Part shown: one piece after another, positions 59,766-64,000 of the stretch | How the letters are laid out: every line of letters starts with the position of its first letter | How positions within the stretch are numbered: position 1 is the stretch's first letter | NCBI GenBank assembly: GCA_043813305.1 | Contig: JBDRLC010000017.1 | Coordinates: 85 to 64,084, forward strand | DNA from: Candidatus Omnitrophota bacterium | GTDB taxonomy: Bacteria; Omnitrophota; Gorgyraeia; Gygaellales; Profunditerraquicolaceae | DNA: 64,000 nucleotides | Reading direction: 5' to 3' | Notes under the pieces: model-generated | The model's database searches: none | The model's input: the letters and a program-made list of their open reading frames with translations, nothing else | Told to the model about the DNA's origin: nothing | Program-made: the position numbers and the translations under genes

Positions 59766-61323
59766 AGGCTTAATCAACATAAAGGTTTCGCGTATTCTGC
59801 CTGCAGAAAAATGGAAGGTAATCCGCTTAATCACGAAAGTAAAAGATTTCCCTCAATTTGTGCCTTCTGTAAAAGAAGTAACGATCCTTAAGAAATCAAG
59901 GCGTAAGCTGTTCAGTAAATGGCGTGTCGAGATTAATCATATACCGATCAGCTGGATTGAGGAAGATACTCTTGTACTTAAAGAAAATTATATCCGATTT
60001 AAAGCTATAGAAGGGGATTTAAACCTATTTAGAGGAGAGTGGAGATTCTCCAAACATCCGCAAGGCACCCAGGTAGATGTAAATGTTGATTTAAAAGTCG
60101 GTATTCCGGCGATTACCGAGTTTGCCGATTCTTATGTTAAACAGATGCTCACCCTCAACTTTGAAGCAATATTAAACTCTTTAGAGCGGCGTTTGATTTC
60201 GACAAAATATGCCAGTTACCGAAAAGGAGATACTGACAAGATAGCCGGTTTTGGGATTATCGGACATCTATATAATTTCAGCCATTTGGAAAAATGCCTG
60301 AAGATGTTAAATCCTAATTTTAAAATGCCTTCAAGGGAATTTATCGGACAACTATTCAATATTACTCCTACCTTTAAACTCTATGATATCCTGGATTTCA
60401 AATCTAAAACCGGACAATCGGTTAATGGCTGCTTTATAGTAGCTACATTCATTCCGGATATGATGGATAGAGACATCTGGTCAATATTCTCTAAGGTAGT
60501 CAGAGGTTGTAAGATTGCCGAGAAGCACGGAGTTGGAATAGTCAGTTTGGGCGGTTTTACCTCGATAGTAGCAGAGAGAATCGGAATCCAGATAACAGAA
60601 GAGGTCGATGTGCCTGTTACAAGCGGCAACACTTTTACCGCGGCAATGGTCATTGACGGAGTGGTAAAAGCGAGCATACTTTTAGAAATTGATCTTGAAT
60701 CAGCAAAAGTAGCTATAATCGGCGGTACGGGTGATATCGGAAGCGGTTGTGCCAGGGTTCTGGTAAATAAAGTCAAGTGGCTTACGATAACCGGCAGAAC
60801 AAAATCAAACCTCAAGCGCCTGGAAAAAGAATTATCTAAAAAACATAAGGCAAAAATTATAGCCACAACTAACAATGAAAAGGCAGTTAAGGACGCTGAT
60901 ATTATTATTGCTGCTGCAAGCGCTACTTCCTCAATCCTGCAAATTGACTGGTTTAAGCCTGGGGCGATAATCTGCGACGTAGGCTATCCTAAAAATATCT
61001 CATATTCAGAAACTAACCGGGAGGATATTTTAGTTTTCTCCGGCGGCTTAACCAAATCACCTACGCCGATTAGATTTCCTATTGATATTGGTCTACCGGC
61101 AGCGGATACTATTTACGGTTGCTTCGCGGAATCTATTATCCTGTCTTTAGAGAAAAGGTATGAAAAGTTTAGTTTTGGAAGAGGGAACATAACAGCTGCT
61201 AAGATCGAAGAGATAAGAAACCTGGGCATTAAGCACGGTTTTGATGCATCTGATTTTTACTGGGGACATAGATTAGTTGATCAAGAGATGGTCGAAAAAA
61301 TAAAGCAATCAGTAAAAAGATGA
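59755..61323 (+). CDS. fusion protein: N-terminal SRPBCC (START/polyketide-cyclase-like) domain plus C-terminal acyl-ACP reductase (cyanobacterial AAR)-like domain
   Basis: Residues 1 to about 150 form an SRPBCC-like fold pattern. The rest aligns by eye along its full length to my recalled cyanobacterial AAR sequence: FGIIGH, F.PDM, AEKHGV.IVSLGGFTSI, TSGNT.TA, IIGGTGDIGS, CDVGYPKN, GCFAES, FSFGRGNIT..KIEEI......HGF. Confidence 0.75.
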   Translation: MLDKGLINIKVSRILPAEKWKVIRLITKVKDFPQFVPSVKEVTILKKSRRKLFSKWRVEINHIPISWIEEDTLVLKENYIRFKAIEGDLNLFRGEWRFSKHPQGTQVDVNVDLKVGIPAITEFADSYVKQMLTLNFEAILNSLERRLISTKYASYRKGDTDKIAGFGIIGHLYNFSHLEKCLKMLNPNFKMPSREFIGQLFNITPTFKLYDILDFKSKTGQSVNGCFIVATFIPDMMDRDIWSIFSKVVRGCKIAEKHGVGIVSLGGFTSIVAERIGIQITEEVDVPVTSGNTFTAAMVIDGVVKASILLEIDLESAKVAIIGGTGDIGSGCARVLVNKVKWLTITGRTKSNLKRLEKELSKKHKAKIIATTNNEKAVKDADIIIAAASATSSILQIDWFKPGAIICDVGYPKNISYSETNREDILVFSGGLTKSPTPIRFPIDIGLPAADTIYGCFAESIILSLEKRYEKFSFGRGNITAAKIEEIRNLGIKHGFDASDFYWGHRLVDQEMVEKIKQSVKR

Positions 61324-63491
61324 ATATCTATTCCGTTTCATCACTAATAGCATCGTCATTTTGTCTCTCGCTTGGTATCTTTGTTTTTACTAGGCGGCGC
61401 TGGGATAGAAAATGTAAGGTCTTCGCAATGGCCAGTTCTCTGATTGGCCTTTGGTCATTATTCCCTTTTGCTCTATCTATGGCTAGGAGCACAGAAGAAG
61501 CATTACTCTTCGGCCGCTTAACCTATTTACCGGCAATTTTTACTGCTCCGGTTTGGGTGCATTTTATGCTCAGCGCTGTAAAAGAAAAGAGGCTAAAAAT
61601 AGATAGTGTTATATTAACTATTGCTTATCTTCTTTCCACACCGTTCCTCTTTGTCAGCTTTAGCCCGCTCTTTATTAAGGGAGTAAACCGCTTTGCTCCT
61701 CATTTCTCAGTTATACCGGGGCCACTCTTTAAATATTTCATCTTGGCCTTCTCGCTGATCTTTATACTATATTTTTGGGCAATACTCTATCCTTTAAAGA
61801 CTGCAAAAGGTTATTACAGGAACCAATTAAGATTCATATTAATCTCATCAATCTTTGGTGTTCTAAGCGGATTCCTTCACTTTGGCGCTGCTTATTTCGG
61901 CAGAGAACCAATACCCCACGACTTCCTGCTGATAATTTATACAAGCTTATTTGCCTATGCGATTATAAAATACCGCTTAATGGACCTTACGGTTGCCATC
62001 ACCAGAACCGGCATCTTCATGGCAGTATATACATTGACAATCGGTGTACCCTTTGCACTTGCTCTTAAATATCACGATTACCTGGTTCAAACTTACGGGC
62101 CAAATTGGTGGATATTATTAGCTGCTGTAATGGCGATTTCCGCTACGGTCGGGCCGTTTATTTACATCTACCTTGACCGTAAAGCCGAACGCAGGCTGCT
62201 TCATGAACAACGCCGCTACCAGGAAACCTTACGGCAGGCAGCAAGAGAAATGGCACGAATTCATAATCTAAAAAAATTATTGAATCTGATTGTCCATACG
62301 GTTACCAGTACGGTGCGGATCTCTCACTCTGCAATATACCTGTTAAATAAAAAATCAAGCCAATATATATTACAAGCAAGCCACAATCTTAAAAAACAAC
62401 AGCAAAACATAATTAGTGAAGAAAGTCATTTGGTTACCTGGCTAAGAGAACATAAAGAACCCTTAGTTTATGATGAAGTAAACCGGAAATCTCAGGAGCG
62501 GCGTAAGAGCGTTTTTAAAGAACTAGGGTTACAAATGCAGTCTTTGAATGCCGCGCTGATTGTTCCCGGATTTCTTGAGGACCGCATAATCGGCTTGTTA
62601 ACTCTGGGGGAAAAACGTTCAGGGAAGATGTACTCTACTGAAGACTTAAATACATTCACACTTTTAGCTAATCAGGCTGCTCTTGCAATTGAAAACGCAT
62701 TGCTTTACGAAAATATTGAGGACCAGGTAAAACAGCGGACAGAAGAACTTGTAGAGGTCCAAAAACAGCTTATTCAGGCAGAAAAACTAGCTACCGTTGG
62801 AACTCTGGCCGGCGGTGTAGCGCATGAGATCAATAATCCGCTAACAGCGATACTAACAAATGCACAAATGCTTTTATTAAACGCAGATAACATCGATTCT
62901 GAATCAAAGGAATCTCTTGAGTTAATTGAAGAGGCAACGAAAAGATGTAGAAATATAGTCAAGAAAATGATGGCTTATGCAAAAAAGCCCTTAGAAACTG
63001 CCCAGACAGTAGAGGTAGATATTTCAGAGGTTGTAGACAAAGTACTTTCTTTTCTTGAATATCAACTGGAGCAGGATAATATTAAAGTAGTAAAGGAGTC
63101 AAGAAAAGGCCAATATTTAATAATGGGTAATGCTAATGAACTAGAGCAGGTATTAACAAATATGGTCTTGAATGCTAAGGACGCCATTAAACAAGTAAAG
63201 AAATCCGGACTTATATATATCCTCTTACTAGAGGATCGCGATTGGATAAAGATTCAGATAAAAGACGAAGGCAAGGGGATAGAAAAAGAGGTGCTTCCCA
63301 AAATCTTTGATCCATTCTTTACCACTAAAGAAGTTGGTAAAGGGCTGGGGCTCGGCTTATCCATCTGTCAGTCTATTGTAGAGAAGCATAACGGCTTAAT
63401 AAAAATACAATCAGAGGTAAATAAAGGCTCTATATTTACCATAAGACTTCCTAAGATAAAAAAAGAAAGTAGGATAAAAGCTAAGGTTTAA
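61320..63491 (+). CDS. sensor histidine kinase with multi-pass N-terminal membrane domain and GAF domain
   Basis: About 300 aa with 7-9 hydrophobic helices, a GAF-like region, the H-box GGVAHEINNPL, N/G boxes (NAKDA, DEGKGI, GKGLGLGLS). ATGA overlap with the preceding gene. Confidence 0.9.
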   Translation: MNIYSVSSLIASSFCLSLGIFVFTRRRWDRKCKVFAMASSLIGLWSLFPFALSMARSTEEALLFGRLTYLPAIFTAPVWVHFMLSAVKEKRLKIDSVILTIAYLLSTPFLFVSFSPLFIKGVNRFAPHFSVIPGPLFKYFILAFSLIFILYFWAILYPLKTAKGYYRNQLRFILISSIFGVLSGFLHFGAAYFGREPIPHDFLLIIYTSLFAYAIIKYRLMDLTVAITRTGIFMAVYTLTIGVPFALALKYHDYLVQTYGPNWWILLAAVMAISATVGPFIYIYLDRKAERRLLHEQRRYQETLRQAAREMARIHNLKKLLNLIVHTVTSTVRISHSAIYLLNKKSSQYILQASHNLKKQQQNIISEESHLVTWLREHKEPLVYDEVNRKSQERRKSVFKELGLQMQSLNAALIVPGFLEDRIIGLLTLGEKRSGKMYSTEDLNTFTLLANQAALAIENALLYENIEDQVKQRTEELVEVQKQLIQAEKLATVGTLAGGVAHEINNPLTAILTNAQMLLLNADNIDSESKESLELIEEATKRCRNIVKKMMAYAKKPLETAQTVEVDISEVVDKVLSFLEYQLEQDNIKVVKESRKGQYLIMGNANELEQVLTNMVLNAKDAIKQVKKSGLIYILLLEDRDWIKIQIKDEGKGIEKEVLPKIFDPFFTTKEVGKGLGLGLSICQSIVEKHNGLIKIQSEVNKGSIFTIRLPKIKKESRIKAKV

Positions 63492-63496
63492 ATAAG

Positions 63497-63883
63497 ATGG
63501 CAAAAAGAATATTGGTAGTAGATGATGATAAGTTGGTATTGATGACATTAAAAAGGTTATTGAGAATGGAAGGCTATAATGTGACTACTGCCCTAAGCGG
63601 CGCAGCTGCACTTAGGCATATAGATGAAGAAGACTTTGATTTAAATATAGTTGATGTTAAGATGCCGCAAATGAACGGAATAGAAACTGTGAAAGAAATC
63701 AGAAAACATCTAACGGAAAAAAAGAAAAACCCTATCCCGGAGGTCTTTATCACTGCTTATGCAAAAGAAGAGATATATAAAGAGGCATTACTTTTAGATG
63801 CGGCAGGATATATGCAAAAGCCATTTGATCTCAAGGCATTACTAGATATCACAGAAAGAATCATAGGGAAAGAAAAGGAATAG
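63497..63883 (+). CDS. single-domain response regulator (receiver only)
   Basis: Pattern: ILVVDDD, D....D..MP.MNG, T.A, KPF. No output domain. Confidence 0.9.
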   Translation: MAKRILVVDDDKLVLMTLKRLLRMEGYNVTTALSGAAALRHIDEEDFDLNIVDVKMPQMNGIETVKEIRKHLTEKKKNPIPEVFITAYAKEEIYKEALLLDAAGYMQKPFDLKALLDITERIIGKEKE

Positions 63884-63884
63884 T

Positions 63885-64000
63885 ATGGCTAAGAAAATAT
63901 TAGTTATTGATGATGAAGAGCTGATAGTTAAATCACTGAGAAAGCTGCTGGAAAAAAATGGATTTATCGTCTTTATTGCAAAAAACGGTCAGGATGCATT
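63885..64000 (+). CDS. second response-regulator receiver domain (5' part; runs off the window)
   Basis: Translation MAKKILVIDDEELIVKSLRKLLEKNGFIVFIAKNGQDA... starts at ATG 63885. Confidence 0.8.
   Translation, partial: MAKKILVIDDEELIVKSLRKLLEKNGFIVFIAKNGQDA

Noticed and set aside
61775-62068. 97-aa + strand ORF in an alternative frame inside the histidine kinase gene
   Set aside because: It is embedded in the TM-domain coding region of a 723-aa ORF with clear kinase motifs, and it has no SD or motif support.
1-64000. CRISPR arrays, transposases/IS elements, rRNA genes, toxin-antitoxin or defence cassettes
   Set aside because: None found. The repeats present are short hairpin-type elements, not spacer-interspersed arrays, and every large ORF has a housekeeping or signalling assignment.

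Overview
This is a compact, AT-rich bacterial chromosomal segment. Every credible gene (about 85 CDS and 2 tRNAs) lies on the + strand, mostly separated by 0-30 nt or overlapping. Gene order:
- a 470-nt non-coding region with a GC-rich structured core
- recA-htrA-recX-alaS
- hisD-hisB-hisH, hisA, a lipoprotein, hisF-hisI-trpE
- rpsP-yajC-secDF
- a short mfd
- surA-like, pdxA, rsmA
- tRNA-Thr, rpmG, tRNA-Trp, secE-nusG-rplKAJL-rpoBC
- the str/S10/spc/alpha ribosomal block (rpsL through rplQ, with no rpmD)
- a metabolic block: aminotransferase, LeuC-like, pilT, frameshifted LeuD-like, IDH-like, mdh, lpd, lipB and a stand-alone lipoyl protein
- a separately promoted operon: small HTH protein, PlsC-type acyltransferase, an SRPBCC domain fused to a cyanobacterial-type acyl-ACP-reductase homolog, a multi-TM/GAF histidine kinase and two receiver-only proteins.

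The coding content is mostly ordinary housekeeping. The less ordinary signals are in the short non-coding spacers and in the last operon:
1. A roughly 190-250 nt structured element is present twice, after rpmG and after infA, with compensatory stem changes.
2. A hairpin cassette (CCCGTTAGAAAT ... AAGGAG-ATTTCTAACGGG) spans exactly from an upstream stop codon to the downstream start codon. It occurs at two loci (three units).
3. An 18-nt duplication of the tRNA-Trp 3' end brackets a 106-nt insert.
4. REP-like TGAGCG..CGAAGG hairpins occur at three positions.
5. A long G.U-rich hairpin lies between hisH and hisA.
6. An A11 tract frameshifts the LeuD-like gene.

No CRISPR array, transposase, integrase or rRNA is visible. 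Taxon cannot be assigned without a search. The lack of L30, the short Mfd and the tight packing suggest a small-genome uncultivated lineage, but that is inference only. All homology statements come from reading the supplied translations and my recall of family motifs, not from database searches.
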